Shown: positions 28,233 to 39,168, counted from the stretch's first letter. The stretch: DNA of 64,000 nucleotides from an uncultured Candidatus Saccharibacteria bacterium (GCA_964545165.1 CAZJEQ010000001.1:1971-65970), one strand, 5' to 3'. Numbers and translations are program-made. The notes: generated from the sequence alone by a model not told the origin.

Positions 28233-31200
28233 ATGTCACACCCGCAAAAGGGAGCTGCTGTGTTGAATGCGCTCCTTTCTTTTGCGCTCATCTTTACAGC
28301 TGGATACGGTGTTTATGAAATCATCCCGGCGGACACCGCTGCGCAACAGGCGTCGGCGACCCTGGCGCTCGGGGAGACGGACCTGGCTTCTGCTGCAGAT
28401 GTCGCCACGCCGTCACTCGAAACGAGAGCTGGTTCAAGCCGCTGTGATTCATCTAAATCTCAGAGCGCTGCAGAGAGCGACGCGCAGGCCGATGATTTGA
28501 ATGCGGTGTGCGTGCCAGGTTGTACCTACGATGTGTATCAACAAAGCGCGAGCGCTGAATATGCGACGAAAGTGGTCGCGCTCGACACCTGTCCTCAGAT
28601 CAACGGCCAAGCAACACTCAGCTGTGCACGAACGGCGAGGTGCGTTGTGCGGTACTGCATCGGATCATCGCCGTGCGTGGAAGCGGGCTCGAAGAGCCTC
28701 GCTGGTGGATCTCCCGAGCAATACCTGAAGCAAAAGTTGGGGATGAGTACCGACACCGGACCGATTACTCTCAAAGAGAGTCCGGATTTGCAGAAGGTGC
28801 TTGATCTTGCGAAAACGAATCCTGCTGCGGCGCAAGAGATGCTCAGCGGCATGTCGCAGCCCCTGCAGGCGGCGTACAAAGAGCTGCAGGGGGAAGCAGT
28901 GCAGCAAAATAAAACAGAGATCCAAAATAATATTGAAGCGATCAAAGAGCTCGGTGCCTCGAATCCGGCAGCGCAGCAGGAGTACCAAAATAAAATCAGC
29001 GCTCTTCAAGAGGAGAACCAGAAGCTCGCTCAAGTAAATCCAGGACTCGTCACGAGCCAGGGCGTGCTGGCGGCTCCTGGGCAAGATTACCCAGAGCTGG
29101 GTCCGATAGCGGGTAGTGAGGGTCGGGACAGCATGCCCGAGTTTGCGCGCGGACAAGATACGTTTGCCGATGCGGAGCTTGCGCACCGAGCAACGGAAAC
29201 ACAGCACGTATCACCGAGCTTTGCGGGTGAGTGCCCGGATTGCGTGAGCGGCGAACGCGCGTGGCCGGATGCAAATTGGCGGCCGTTGTATGCGGCGGCG
29301 GGAGATCAGCGAGAAGCAGCGTTTCAAGAGGTAAATGCGGAGCCGCAAGAGTGGCCGACGAGTGTCTGGAAGCCGGAGTCTTCGCAAGAAAACGCGGCGT
29401 TTGAAGAATTGAATCGCGGTGGCGGCTCGACGCTGCTCGAAGAGCGAAATCAGGAAGGAGTTGCGGCGCGGGCTCCTGGATCGCTCAGCGATACTGAGCT
29501 GGATCGATTGGCTGAGTTGAGTCTCAGAAGACAGGCGGCGGCACAAGCAGAAAATGCCGGTGACCTTGTGCCCTTGAACCAAGCAGAGTCATACGAATGG
29601 CGAAACCTCATACAACGATATGGTGAATTCGGCCTGATCGAACACGATGAGCGTCCGCGAACGCCGGATGAGGACAGTAGATACGCTGAATACGTGGCGA
29701 AGTTACAGCGCGGAGAAATGCTAACGAGAGAAGAGACTGTCGATATGATGAGATTAGACGACAGACGAAGATCACTCGGAGATGTCGACGGGAGAAACGG
29801 CGTTGCTCCACTATCGACGACCGAGGTAGAGGAGTATGCTGGCTTCCAACAAAAGCGTGCTCGCGGAGAAGCTTATTTTACCCGAGAAGAAATCGAACAG
29901 TATCGCGATCTCAGAACACGCTACGCCTTTGCTGGCACGTCAGACGAGCTGGTATCTGGAACGCCGCGGACCAGTGAGGAGGCAGCGGAACTCAAGGAAA
30001 TCTTTAACAAACGCCCAAGCGACCGAACGGTTGGCGAATGGGTGCGCGCCCTGAACGACGAGGCTGCGGACGATTCGTTCGTCAGGCAATTTAATAATCC
30101 GTACAAAGTAGAGCCCAACACAAATTCGCCGATCACAGGCTCGATTACCGCAGAAGAGCTGCCGGTCTTGCCTGGCGAAGTCCGCGAGGGTTTGGGGGCT
30201 GTACCGCAAGCCGCGGCAGAAGGTGCGAGCCCAGCAGAGCGCGATTATGTAGAGAAGCTCAATGGCGGCTGGGCATTCGATACCTTTGCAGCCGGTGCCA
30301 AAGGCCCCGAATTTGAAGAAGCAAACTGGCCAGAGGACATAGAGCGTCTCAGCGATGGCTCGTGTCTCCAGGACACAGAAGAAGAGCTCGGCTATAACTC
30401 GGCCGTGCCGTGTCCGCTCCCGACTCGCACGACATACGGCGCTGTATGGCGGCCGGATCAGACGTTCTTGAGTGGCAACGAGAGCGAGGCGCCGCGAGGG
30501 GATGAGCCGAATGCCAACACGAGTCGCGCCGGTACTGTCGCGAATACCGCGCCGGAGCTTACTGGGGAGCTCACTCCGCTCGACGAGGCAGAAAAGCTCA
30601 GATACGCGGAGCTCGTGCGTGACTCATGGCAGCCTGGGTATGACTACGAATCCGAGGAAAACAAAGAAGTGCAAAAATTAGCTGCTCGGTATGGCGCATT
30701 TGGTCTGGAGCGGGCGTCGACAGAACCACTCTCCGTTGAAGAGCAAGCGAGACTCGATGAATTGGAGAATAAAGATAAAGCAAGCAAAACCGTTGCAGAG
30801 TGGGCGCAATTGATGGACTTGAAGGCAAAGCAGGGCTATGCGCTGCGGGATCAAGACACTCTCAATGAGATGTTGCCGGACCCAGAAGATTTCCCGATCA
30901 CTGATGCAGAGCGGGTAGCGCTGGGAGCCAAGCCAGACACCGGGTTAACGGGAGCGCAGAATGCAGCGACGCTCAATGATGGCGACTTACGCAGATTGGC
31001 GGAGCTGCAGAATATGCATGCCCGCGAGAATGCACCAGGCTCAGACTATCGGATGAGCAACGAGGAATTCAGGGAGCGCGCTGATCTGCTTGAGCGTTTT
31101 CGTAGTCAGGGGGTGAACTCAGAGTGGAAGCGACTTACCGAAGACGAAGAAAAGCGATATGTTGAGCTTCAAGATAAAGACGCTAAGTCCGGGCTCACAC

Positions 31201-32735
31201 TAGCTGAGCGGGAAGAAGCTTTAAAGCTGGAAGCTCGGTATCGTCAATATGCGTTGAGCACGCCTACCAGTCCGACTCCTTCAGCAGCAGAAGGACTCGG
31301 GTATATTCCGCAGTCTGCGGCACCAGGAGCGAGTCTTGTGGAGCAGGGATATATAGAAGCACTCAAAGGTGGGTGGGTATTTGATGTGACTACGGGCGAT
31401 GGCAGCTACGCACTGGAAGGTTTCCGCGTGAAGCAGCAATCACCGGCTCTGGAGGAGTCGCTTTCAGACACGACCTCGCAGGAGAGAATTGATGACTGTG
31501 CCCGGCATCGTGATTGCACAGGCGATGCTCCTCGTGCGGTGTGGACGCCGCAACATCAGCTGACCGAATTTGCTTCTGGTCCGCAATCAACTACTCAGGC
31601 TATCGACGACACGAACCCGCCAGGCGACCAGTCGTCATCAGCAATGCCGCGCGGCATCGTGACGTCGACATCTGACTGCGGGGTAGCAGCCGATGAGAAC
31701 GGTAAGTGTCCTCCTGCGCAGCCAGCGAACATCTCGAAGCAAGATAAAGATTATGGACCTGGCACAGAGACACTGCCGTCGAAGAAAGATAAAGATTATG
31801 GACCAGGCACTGAGAGCGCATCTGCGCCGACACCGCGCCCAGATGGCACAGCGCCGAAACAGGGGATTGAAGAAAATAGTGGGTACTGTCTCGCGACAGC
31901 AGGCAGTAGCAGCGAGCGTTTGTGGCTCGTGAATCGTGGATATCAATGCGATGCCACCGGCCAGGGATCATATTCGTGCACGATGCAGAAGGGTGCGGCA
32001 GGCTGCGCACCGTCATTTAACCCAACCCCGTCTACTCCGGCAGCACCGCAGGCGCCACAGAAGAGTGGCACTGCCCCTGCACCAACAACGCGCTCTGCCG
32101 GTGCGTCGCAGGGAAGTGGTGCGGCTCAGCAACAGCAGACAGGCACACCGCAAGGAAGTGGCGCACCACAGCCCCAGCAACCGTACACGCCGAGCAATGC
32201 GCAGCTTCAGCAGGCAATTCCACAGCAGGGCACGGTATTGAGCGGGGATTACTTCTGCGTGACGAGCAAGGACCCGCTTATCGTGATGCCGCTCTCCGCG
32301 GGACAGGCGATGCCTGCAAATTGTTACAACGCTGAGTACCAGCGAGCACAGAACGCCGCAAATGCCGGTGCAACGCAAGCACAAAACTCTCCGCTCACGC
32401 AGAAGCCGATGTGGGATACGCAGACGGGGTTGCCGTGTACAAATGAGTTTGCCAATAAGATCGTCTGCGGAACGGTGCAGTCGGTGCCACTCCCGTGGCA
32501 GAAGCCAGCAGCTACGCCGGGCGTAACAGCTCAGAATTTGCAGAATTATCCGGGCTGGCAGCCGGGAGCAGCCGCGCCTGTGTCGCAGACTGGCGGTATG
32601 TGCTACGCCAGCATTTACAACGGCGATCAGTTCACGTATGCGATCGCGCGAGGCTACACGTGCCAATACGGCATGTACCCGACGGTGTGCTCCAAGCCAG
32701 ATCTAGGCGCTCCGAGTAGCTGCACAAGTCCGTAA
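28233..32735 (+). CDS. Very large membrane-anchored repeat protein (1500 aa)
   Basis: N-terminal TM, Cys-rich N and C domains, many L[ST]xxExxxYxxL-like helical repeats. Confidence 0.8.
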   Translation: MSHPQKGAAVLNALLSFALIFTAGYGVYEIIPADTAAQQASATLALGETDLASAADVATPSLETRAGSSRCDSSKSQSAAESDAQADDLNAVCVPGCTYDVYQQSASAEYATKVVALDTCPQINGQATLSCARTARCVVRYCIGSSPCVEAGSKSLAGGSPEQYLKQKLGMSTDTGPITLKESPDLQKVLDLAKTNPAAAQEMLSGMSQPLQAAYKELQGEAVQQNKTEIQNNIEAIKELGASNPAAQQEYQNKISALQEENQKLAQVNPGLVTSQGVLAAPGQDYPELGPIAGSEGRDSMPEFARGQDTFADAELAHRATETQHVSPSFAGECPDCVSGERAWPDANWRPLYAAAGDQREAAFQEVNAEPQEWPTSVWKPESSQENAAFEELNRGGGSTLLEERNQEGVAARAPGSLSDTELDRLAELSLRRQAAAQAENAGDLVPLNQAESYEWRNLIQRYGEFGLIEHDERPRTPDEDSRYAEYVAKLQRGEMLTREETVDMMRLDDRRRSLGDVDGRNGVAPLSTTEVEEYAGFQQKRARGEAYFTREEIEQYRDLRTRYAFAGTSDELVSGTPRTSEEAAELKEIFNKRPSDRTVGEWVRALNDEAADDSFVRQFNNPYKVEPNTNSPITGSITAEELPVLPGEVREGLGAVPQAAAEGASPAERDYVEKLNGGWAFDTFAAGAKGPEFEEANWPEDIERLSDGSCLQDTEEELGYNSAVPCPLPTRTTYGAVWRPDQTFLSGNESEAPRGDEPNANTSRAGTVANTAPELTGELTPLDEAEKLRYAELVRDSWQPGYDYESEENKEVQKLAARYGAFGLERASTEPLSVEEQARLDELENKDKASKTVAEWAQLMDLKAKQGYALRDQDTLNEMLPDPEDFPITDAERVALGAKPDTGLTGAQNAATLNDGDLRRLAELQNMHARENAPGSDYRMSNEEFRERADLLERFRSQGVNSEWKRLTEDEEKRYVELQDKDAKSGLTLAEREEALKLEARYRQYALSTPTSPTPSAAEGLGYIPQSAAPGASLVEQGYIEALKGGWVFDVTTGDGSYALEGFRVKQQSPALEESLSDTTSQERIDDCARHRDCTGDAPRAVWTPQHQLTEFASGPQSTTQAIDDTNPPGDQSSSAMPRGIVTSTSDCGVAADENGKCPPAQPANISKQDKDYGPGTETLPSKKDKDYGPGTESASAPTPRPDGTAPKQGIEENSGYCLATAGSSSERLWLVNRGYQCDATGQGSYSCTMQKGAAGCAPSFNPTPSTPAAPQAPQKSGTAPAPTTRSAGASQGSGAAQQQQTGTPQGSGAPQPQQPYTPSNAQLQQAIPQQGTVLSGDYFCVTSKDPLIVMPLSAGQAMPANCYNAEYQRAQNAANAGATQAQNSPLTQKPMWDTQTGLPCTNEFANKIVCGTVQSVPLPWQKPAATPGVTAQNLQNYPGWQPGAAAPVSQTGGMCYASIYNGDQFTYAIARGYTCQYGMYPTVCSKPDLGAPSSCTSP
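31734..31814 (+). repeat. Intragenic tandem repeat (45-bp period, 2 copies)
   Basis: TCGAAG(C/A)AAGATAAAGATTATGGACC(T/A)GGCAC(A/T)GAG twice, encoding SKxDKDYGPGTE. Confidence 0.85.
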
Positions 32736-32795
32736 GATCGCACTCTCCACATTTCTCTAATTGTCGATAGGCCTGCGAGGGCGCATGATTGAGCG

Positions 32796-35147
32796 ATGAT
32801 CAACTCGCGGCGAGGCGATTTCACACGTGGTACCTCGGTACTTGCTGCACTCGTCTTCGTCGCCGTCCTCTCGACCATCGCATACGCGGTCCATGCCATC
32901 GTCCCTAATGATCCGCTGGCGCAAACAGCATCGGCAACCCTGGCTGCTGATACGACATTTGAGCCCAATGAAGCAAAAGGCGAGCCTCTGCAGGTAACAC
33001 CACTTCTTGCGAATTTATCGGGCGACGAACGATGCAAAGCCCCGATCGAAAATAAAGAGAAGAGTGAAATCGGGGGAGCGGAAGAGCCGAGCAGTAAAGA
33101 TGAGAGCGTACAGACTGCATGCGTACGCGGCTGTCGTTACGACATATCCATAGCGAAGGGGGTCACAAAGGTTTTAGCGAAAGATCTTGCAGTAAAAAGC
33201 AATGGAGAAATTGATCAGCAGTATGTTGCTATTAACAAGTGCGCGGTAAGACAATGTGACGAATCTGGTAAATGCATTGCGCTCGACACGGCGAGCATGA
33301 GCGACCAAACGCTTAGCTCTCTACTCGCTGCGAAGTCTCGAGTGAATGCCGCACTTGTCCAAATCAAGGAAAGTCCTGATCTTCAAAAAGCGTTGCAGCA
33401 GATGCAGTCAGGCTCATTTGACTCCTACAACAAACTTTCATCGGGTGACCAGGATCTGATAAAAAGTGCTCAGCAGGAGCAAATCCGCCAAAATGACGCG
33501 CAGATCAAGAGTAATCTCGAAATTATCAGAAGCATGGCGAATGATCCGCCAGAGGCGAGGAGTAAAGTCGAAGCCGAGAATGCGCGTCTCGTCACCGAGA
33601 CTGAAAATTTGAAACGCGTATCATCGATCCTCGGTAAGAGCCAGTCCAGCATTTCTGCGGTAGTGGGATGCGGACTGTCCGGGCAAGTAGATGGAGAGTG
33701 TCCTGCCGCCAGCCCCGACGGGATCCCATACACACCGAAGGTTGTCGGAGAAAATACTTTTGGGGCGAGCATGGTCTGTGGTCAGCCAGGAGCAAATCCG
33801 GATTCCTGCATTCCGGCGAATGCAAAAGAGACAGGAAGTACAAACCCGAAAGAAGCGGCGAAGAATTTGCCAAAAGTTGAGGGCAATTGGACAGGCGCAG
33901 AGCCTCCGCCAGGTGTGGGGACAAACCCATCATGTTCAGGTGGGGTCTGCAAAGCGTTACCGAGAAACGATGCCGAATACAGATCGCTGCTCCTGCAAGG
34001 CTATCGGTGCGAAGCGGATGCAGGTGGCAATGTGTGCTGGCGCGAACAGCCGAATCGTGGGGGCAATAAGCCGGACGCAAACCCTGGTCCACAAGTACCA
34101 CCGCCTGGTAGAGAAGCGCCGCCGCCCGGCAAGAGGGATACGACCGAGACCACTACGAAGACGACACAAACGCAAACTACTCCGCGCTCGACTTCGAGCT
34201 GGCTCAGCGATGACGCAATGAAGCTTGGAGTTCAGGGATTCTTGACGGGCTTTATGGGATCGATGGCCGCGAGCAATCAGCAGCAATCGCGCAACGGTGC
34301 GCCGCCGGGATACCAGCCACCGATCGGTAATAGCATTCCACAGCAGCCAGGCACATGCGGCGTCTCTCTGTACTGCCAAAACGGTATGCAGTATCAACGC
34401 AATGCGCAGTGTGTGGATCAGGTGGTGCAGACGTGTCAGTACGGCTGCAACGGCAATCAGTGCGTAAGTGCGCCGCAGAATCAGTGCCCACCTCCACCGC
34501 AGATGCCGCCAGCCTCAGCCTGCTCGGGCACGTGGAATGAAACGACATCGACCTTGGGCAATGCCGTGCAATGCGTGACCGGCTGGACCTGTGAGCTGAA
34601 CACACCAGGCGCGACCACGACGCCGGATACGACACCGACCGGCGCGCCGACAGCGGAGATTTCTTGCGCACCATCTATCGCAGATGCTGGCACGGCCATT
34701 TCGATTACCTATGCGTGTGGCAATTCCGCAACATCAAGCGGTAGCAATTTCTCGACCCGCGGTGCACTCTCCGGTACGGCATCACTCACGGCACCGACGG
34801 CGAGCACGACAATCTCGTTTGGTGTTGCGTGTGTAAATACGCAGGGGCAGGCCAAGACCGACACGTGTAGCGTACAAATCGTACGACCAACGATCGTGCT
34901 CGTCGCTCGTCCACAATCGGTCGCGCCCGGTGAGAAATCGACCGTGGGATGGGTGAGCACTGGTATGCAATCGTGCGTCATCTCGAGCCCGCAATCGAGC
35001 GCATTCACCGCTGCTAATGCTGGCCAAACCGCAACGAGCGGTACCGCCGAGACGCCGCCGCTCACCGCTTCTATGACGATGGTACTGCGCTGCGAGACGC
35101 TCGGCGGCAATGTGCGCAGTGCCTCAACGACGGTTGTTGTGCGCTAG
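32796..35147 (+). CDS. Cys-rich membrane-anchored surface protein, paralog of the upstream gene
   Basis: Shares AQxASATLA, CVxGCxYD and KESPDLQK with 28233..32735; C-terminal Ig-like domains. Confidence 0.8.
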   Translation: MINSRRGDFTRGTSVLAALVFVAVLSTIAYAVHAIVPNDPLAQTASATLAADTTFEPNEAKGEPLQVTPLLANLSGDERCKAPIENKEKSEIGGAEEPSSKDESVQTACVRGCRYDISIAKGVTKVLAKDLAVKSNGEIDQQYVAINKCAVRQCDESGKCIALDTASMSDQTLSSLLAAKSRVNAALVQIKESPDLQKALQQMQSGSFDSYNKLSSGDQDLIKSAQQEQIRQNDAQIKSNLEIIRSMANDPPEARSKVEAENARLVTETENLKRVSSILGKSQSSISAVVGCGLSGQVDGECPAASPDGIPYTPKVVGENTFGASMVCGQPGANPDSCIPANAKETGSTNPKEAAKNLPKVEGNWTGAEPPPGVGTNPSCSGGVCKALPRNDAEYRSLLLQGYRCEADAGGNVCWREQPNRGGNKPDANPGPQVPPPGREAPPPGKRDTTETTTKTTQTQTTPRSTSSWLSDDAMKLGVQGFLTGFMGSMAASNQQQSRNGAPPGYQPPIGNSIPQQPGTCGVSLYCQNGMQYQRNAQCVDQVVQTCQYGCNGNQCVSAPQNQCPPPPQMPPASACSGTWNETTSTLGNAVQCVTGWTCELNTPGATTTPDTTPTGAPTAEISCAPSIADAGTAISITYACGNSATSSGSNFSTRGALSGTASLTAPTASTTISFGVACVNTQGQAKTDTCSVQIVRPTIVLVARPQSVAPGEKSTVGWVSTGMQSCVISSPQSSAFTAANAGQTATSGTAETPPLTASMTMVLRCETLGGNVRSASTTVVVR

Positions 35148-35621
35148 CTACAGATTCAAAAATTCAAAAATCTTGTGCGAGAGCGGCTCTTGCATGGGCA
35201 CCTCCTCGCATCGTTCGCGCAAATACGCGCGTATCAGATCGTGATCGATGTGCTCGATGGGGATGATGAGATTCGGCGACATGAATTTGACTGTATCGAT
35301 AAGCAGGAGCGGCCGACCCTTGTGATGCTCTTCCTCGACCCAAAACGAAATGATTTCTTCAAAGCGGTGTAGGCGACCGTTGATACGCAAGCCGCGGTCG
35401 GAGAGCTCAAACTGCGCGATCTCCGGCGGTGTGCGCGAGAGGAGCGCGATGGTGTAGGCGGCGATAAGGATGAGAAGTGCAAAGAGGAAGTCGTGTAGCA
35501 AGATACTCGTGAGTGCAATCGACACGGAGGCGATGCCGAGCGCCCAATACCAATCGCTGCCGCGCTCGATATGCTCGTGCTCGTACGCACTCCAACGCAG
35601 CGTCGTGTTTTCACCCGGCAT
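35148..35621 (-). CDS. Conserved membrane protein (2 TM plus PH-like domain)
   Basis: WSAYEHEH.ERGSDWYW pattern recognised from CPR genomes. Confidence 0.7.
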   Translation of the reverse strand: MPGENTTLRWSAYEHEHIERGSDWYWALGIASVSIALTSILLHDFLFALLILIAAYTIALLSRTPPEIAQFELSDRGLRINGRLHRFEEIISFWVEEEHHKGRPLLLIDTVKFMSPNLIIPIEHIDHDLIRAYLRERCEEVPMQEPLSHKIFEFLNL

Positions 35622-35692
35622 TGGCCAAATTGTAGCATCGCACTCTCTGAGCATGCGCTTTTCGTGCGTACGTGTTACAACGATGGCACGGA

Positions 35693-35777
35693 GGAGAGGT
35701 GGCAGAGTGGTCTATCGCACCTGTCTTGAAAACAGGAGTCTCGCAAGGGACCGAGAGTTCGAATCTCTCCCTCTCCG
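35693..35777 (+). tRNA. tRNA-Ser(TGA)
   Basis: Acceptor GGAGAGG/CCTCTCC; CCTGT-CTTGAAA-ACAGG; long variable arm. Confidence 0.95.
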
Positions 35778-35812
35778 CAGTATTGAAGGCAGTGATTTGA
35801 TAGAGTATCGAT

Positions 35813-36817
35813 ATGGCATCTGGCGAAAAGGGGATGACACCGGTCATCGCAGCCCTTGTTGGCAATACGACCGTGACGCTCATCAAAGGGGCGGTCGCGG
35901 TATCTTCTGGTTCGAGCGCGATGTTCTCCGAGGCGGTACACAGCTTTGCCGACACCCTCAACCAGGCGCTCCTTCTCATCGGCTTGCGCCGCTCGCGCAA
36001 AAAGCCCGATGAGGAATTCGGGTATGGCTATGGATTCGAGAGATTCTTCTGGGCGCTCATTTCCGCCTGCGGTATTTTCTTTGTCGGCGCTGGCGTGACG
36101 ATTTATCATGGCATTACGAGCCTGCAGCATCCGAAGCCAGTTACTATCGACATACTCACCTTCGCGGTGCTCTTTATCGCGTTCGTCATTGAATTCTGGA
36201 CGCTCACTGTCGCTGCGCGAGCGCTTCGAGAATCGCACCCTGGATTTTCGTGGCGCGAGCGCCTCAATCATGCGGATCCAACGACGCTCGCGGTCTTCCT
36301 CGAAGATGGCATCGCCGTTATCGGTGTATCTATCGCGGCGGCGGCAATCTCGATTTCATACATGACGCAGAGCGTGACCTGGGACGCGTATGGTTCGATA
36401 CTGATCGGTATACTCCTCGCTATTGCGGCGGTGGTCCTCATTATCAAAAATCGTCAGTATCTCATCGGCCGCTCGATTCCCGAGAAAGAGCGCGCGGACA
36501 TCATCGATCTGCTTGTCAAAGATCCTGCGATCGAGCGCGTGATCGATTTCAAATCGACGGTACTCGATATCGGTGTGTACCGCATTAAATGCGAAGTGGA
36601 ATTCAACGGCTCCGCGCTTCTCCATGCCGCTCACCAAATGGATGAGCTCAAAAATGATTACGAAAAGATCAAAGACAACTACGAGGAATTCAAGAAGTTT
36701 TACGTCGATTATGCAGATAGAATTCCGCGTCTCATCGGTAAGCGTATCGACGAGATCGAGTCACGCATCCGCGAGCGTTTTCCGAATGTGCGCCACATTG
36801 ATATCGAAATCAATTAA
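35813..36817 (+). CDS. Cation diffusion facilitator family transporter
   Basis: SGSSAMFSEAVHSFADTLNQ, FGYG, VFLED motifs. Confidence 0.9.
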   Translation: MASGEKGMTPVIAALVGNTTVTLIKGAVAVSSGSSAMFSEAVHSFADTLNQALLLIGLRRSRKKPDEEFGYGYGFERFFWALISACGIFFVGAGVTIYHGITSLQHPKPVTIDILTFAVLFIAFVIEFWTLTVAARALRESHPGFSWRERLNHADPTTLAVFLEDGIAVIGVSIAAAAISISYMTQSVTWDAYGSILIGILLAIAAVVLIIKNRQYLIGRSIPEKERADIIDLLVKDPAIERVIDFKSTVLDIGVYRIKCEVEFNGSALLHAAHQMDELKNDYEKIKDNYEEFKKFYVDYADRIPRLIGKRIDEIESRIRERFPNVRHIDIEIN

Positions 36818-36883
36818 AAGCAGAGCGGCGCGATCCGTGAGGTCGCGCCGCCGATTATATCTGTAGTGCCTTGTGCGTGACCT

Positions 36884-37642
36884 CTAGCGGTCGCGACTGC
36901 GGCCGAGCACGTGGGGCACCATGTCTTGCACGGTGAATTTGCCATTCGGCTCGAGGCCCCAGCTGCGCGCTGCCGTAGCATTCGTGTACTGCATCTGCGA
37001 GCCGAGGAAGAGGTCCGATGGCATCTTCTCGATGGGGTAGGCCTTGATCACCTCGACGAACGCAGCGCAGAGTGCGTCACCGGCGTTGCTCGAGAGGTTC
37101 TCCTGCGAACCGGCAACGCGGTGAGCGATGATTGCTGCATCTTCACTCAGTATCTTGAAGGAGCCGCGCACCGCCGCCTGGATGTGCCGGCCGTCACGAG
37201 TGATGGCCGCGCAGCCCTTTGAGGTGCGGACGGTGTCGTCGTAGAAGAACACCGTCTCCGTAAACGGATTGAACCACGTGAGTGTCGCACCGGAAGCGTA
37301 TCGAATGTCCACTTGTCCCGCATCGTGTTCGATCACGCGATAGCTGCCGCGCTGCACTTGCAGCAAGCAAAAGTGGCTGGCGATCGTGGCGATGACGACG
37401 ATCGTCTGCAGGCACCGTTTGGCAGGTGTGTACCACGTTCGTCGATGCCATGTCTCCGCATTCTTTATGAATACTATGAGTATCCCAATGCCAAGCAGCA
37501 ACACACAGAGCGGCAGCAGGTTCTTCTCTGCGAAGCCCGTTATCGTCGAAATGACGCAGATGATGAGAACGCTGCCCGTCACGAGCAGCTCGAGCAGGTC
37601 GGGGTCGAAAGGAGTCGACCGCTGGATCCGGGTAGCATTCAT
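36884..37642 (-). CDS. Hypothetical membrane protein (possibly SPFH-like soluble domain)
   Basis: Three N-terminal TM segments; AITRDGRHIQA resembles SPFH start. Confidence 0.55.
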   Translation of the reverse strand: MNATRIQRSTPFDPDLLELLVTGSVLIICVISTITGFAEKNLLPLCVLLLGIGILIVFIKNAETWHRRTWYTPAKRCLQTIVVIATIASHFCLLQVQRGSYRVIEHDAGQVDIRYASGATLTWFNPFTETVFFYDDTVRTSKGCAAITRDGRHIQAAVRGSFKILSEDAAIIAHRVAGSQENLSSNAGDALCAAFVEVIKAYPIEKMPSDLFLGSQMQYTNATAARSWGLEPNGKFTVQDMVPHVLGRSRDR

Positions 37643-37764
37643 GGTATTTCTCCGTGCTTTCGGCAGCCGTAGCCCTCTTTGACTATCTCAGAAGGGACGG
37701 TTGTGTCTGCGAGGATACTTCCACTCGCGGCTTTTATTGTCAACGCATTTGATAGAGTGGTCGC

Positions 37765-38115
37765 ATGAGCTCATCAGAGGAGTATCGGGGAATCGTACAG
37801 AAAGGGGCACGGCGCGGCTCGGCGCTCGGGTATCCGACCGTGAATATCCCCATGACGGAGGGCGATGCCGACGGCATTTATGCGGCACGGGTGAGCGTGG
37901 GGGCAGTGGAATATCTCGCCGCTGCTTTTGCCGATCCGGCGCGCGGTGTCCTCGAGGCGCACATCCTCAGCTTCTTTGGTGATTTGTACGACAAAGAAAT
38001 CGCTATCACGCTGGAGAAGAAAATCCGCGACACAGAAACCTTCCACGCCGATGTTGATCTGAGGAACGCGATAGCCGAAGATGTGCAGGCGGTGCGTCAG
38101 TATTTCTCCGCATAA
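37765..38115 (+). CDS. Monofunctional riboflavin kinase
   Basis: GxRRGxxLGYPTVN, GIYA, LEAHIL.F.GDLY, IRD..F; only the kinase half of RibF. Confidence 0.9.
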   Translation: MSSSEEYRGIVQKGARRGSALGYPTVNIPMTEGDADGIYAARVSVGAVEYLAAAFADPARGVLEAHILSFFGDLYDKEIAITLEKKIRDTETFHADVDLRNAIAEDVQAVRQYFSA

Positions 38116-38117
38116 TT

Positions 38118-38693
38118 ATGTTCAGCGGGATTGTAGAAGCCATCACGAAGGTGACGGCAATAAAAAAGCGTGGCGCGCATCTCGCGGTCGCGTTTACTAC
38201 GCCGAGCGGCTGGCGTCTGAAGAAAGGGCAGAGTGTCTCGATCGACGGGATCTGCTCCACGGTGGTGGCGATTGGCGAGGGAAACTTCTCTGTCGAGTAC
38301 ATGCAGGAAACGCTTGAGAAGACGACGGCGACTCACTTTGCACCGGGCTATGCGGTCAATCTCGAGCGCTCCCTCGCGGCGGGGAGTCGCATTGATGGAC
38401 ATTTTGTGGCGGGACACATCGATGCGCGTGCCGAGATTGCGCGCATTGAGGAAAATGTCTTCACCATCAAAGTGCCACGCACACTTGCGCGCTTCATTGC
38501 CAAGAAAGGTTCGATTGCCATCAACGGCGTCGCGCTTACCGTGACCGCGGTTACAGCGGGGAATTTTTCAGTCGCGCTTATTCCGTACACGATTGCACAC
38601 ACCACGCTCGGTGCGCTCGCGAAAGGGAGCGCGGTCAACGTCGAAGTCGACCTCTTGGCTCGTTACCTGGACGCGCTCCTCAAAAAGCGTTAG
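38118..38693 (+). CDS. ribE: Riboflavin synthase (alpha chain)
   Basis: MFSGIVE, SIDGICST, VNLER, GHFVAGHID, KGSIAINGVALT, VNVEVD. Confidence 0.95.
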   Translation: MFSGIVEAITKVTAIKKRGAHLAVAFTTPSGWRLKKGQSVSIDGICSTVVAIGEGNFSVEYMQETLEKTTATHFAPGYAVNLERSLAAGSRIDGHFVAGHIDARAEIARIEENVFTIKVPRTLARFIAKKGSIAINGVALTVTAVTAGNFSVALIPYTIAHTTLGALAKGSAVNVEVDLLARYLDALLKKR

Positions 38694-38703
38694 CGTACGG
38701 CGC

Positions 38704-39168
38704 ATGAGACGCACCGCACACACGACGCAGCGCACCACGAGAGGCGATGGGTCAAAGCTGCGCGTGGGCATTGCCGTCGCGCGATTCAACGAAGATATCA
38801 CCACGGCGCTCCTCGATGGCGCGCGCGAAACTCTTCGCGCCTGGGGTGTCAAAGATGCGCACGTGCACGTATCGCATGTAGCGGGGAGCTACGAGCTGCC
38901 GCTTGCATGTGCACGGCTCATCAAGCGTCACAAGCTCGATGCGGCACTCGCGCTCGGCTGCATCGTGAAAGGTGAGACCAAGCACGACGAATATCTCGCA
39001 CAGGCAGTTGCAAACGGATTGATGCAACTCATGCTGAGCACGAATGTGCCGATCGGATTTGGCGTGATTACTGCAAATACACTACAGCAGGCACGCGTGC
39101 GCTCGCGTGGCACCGCCAACAAGGGGAGTGAGGCTGCGGCCGCGGCACTCGAGAGCGCCTGCGCGTGA
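38704..39168 (+). CDS. ribH: 6,7-dimethyl-8-ribityllumazine synthase
   Basis: ARFN..IT, GSYELP, GCIVKGETKH, FGVIT, NKGSEAA. Confidence 0.95.
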   Translation: MRRTAHTTQRTTRGDGSKLRVGIAVARFNEDITTALLDGARETLRAWGVKDAHVHVSHVAGSYELPLACARLIKRHKLDAALALGCIVKGETKHDEYLAQAVANGLMQLMLSTNVPIGFGVITANTLQQARVRSRGTANKGSEAAAAALESACA

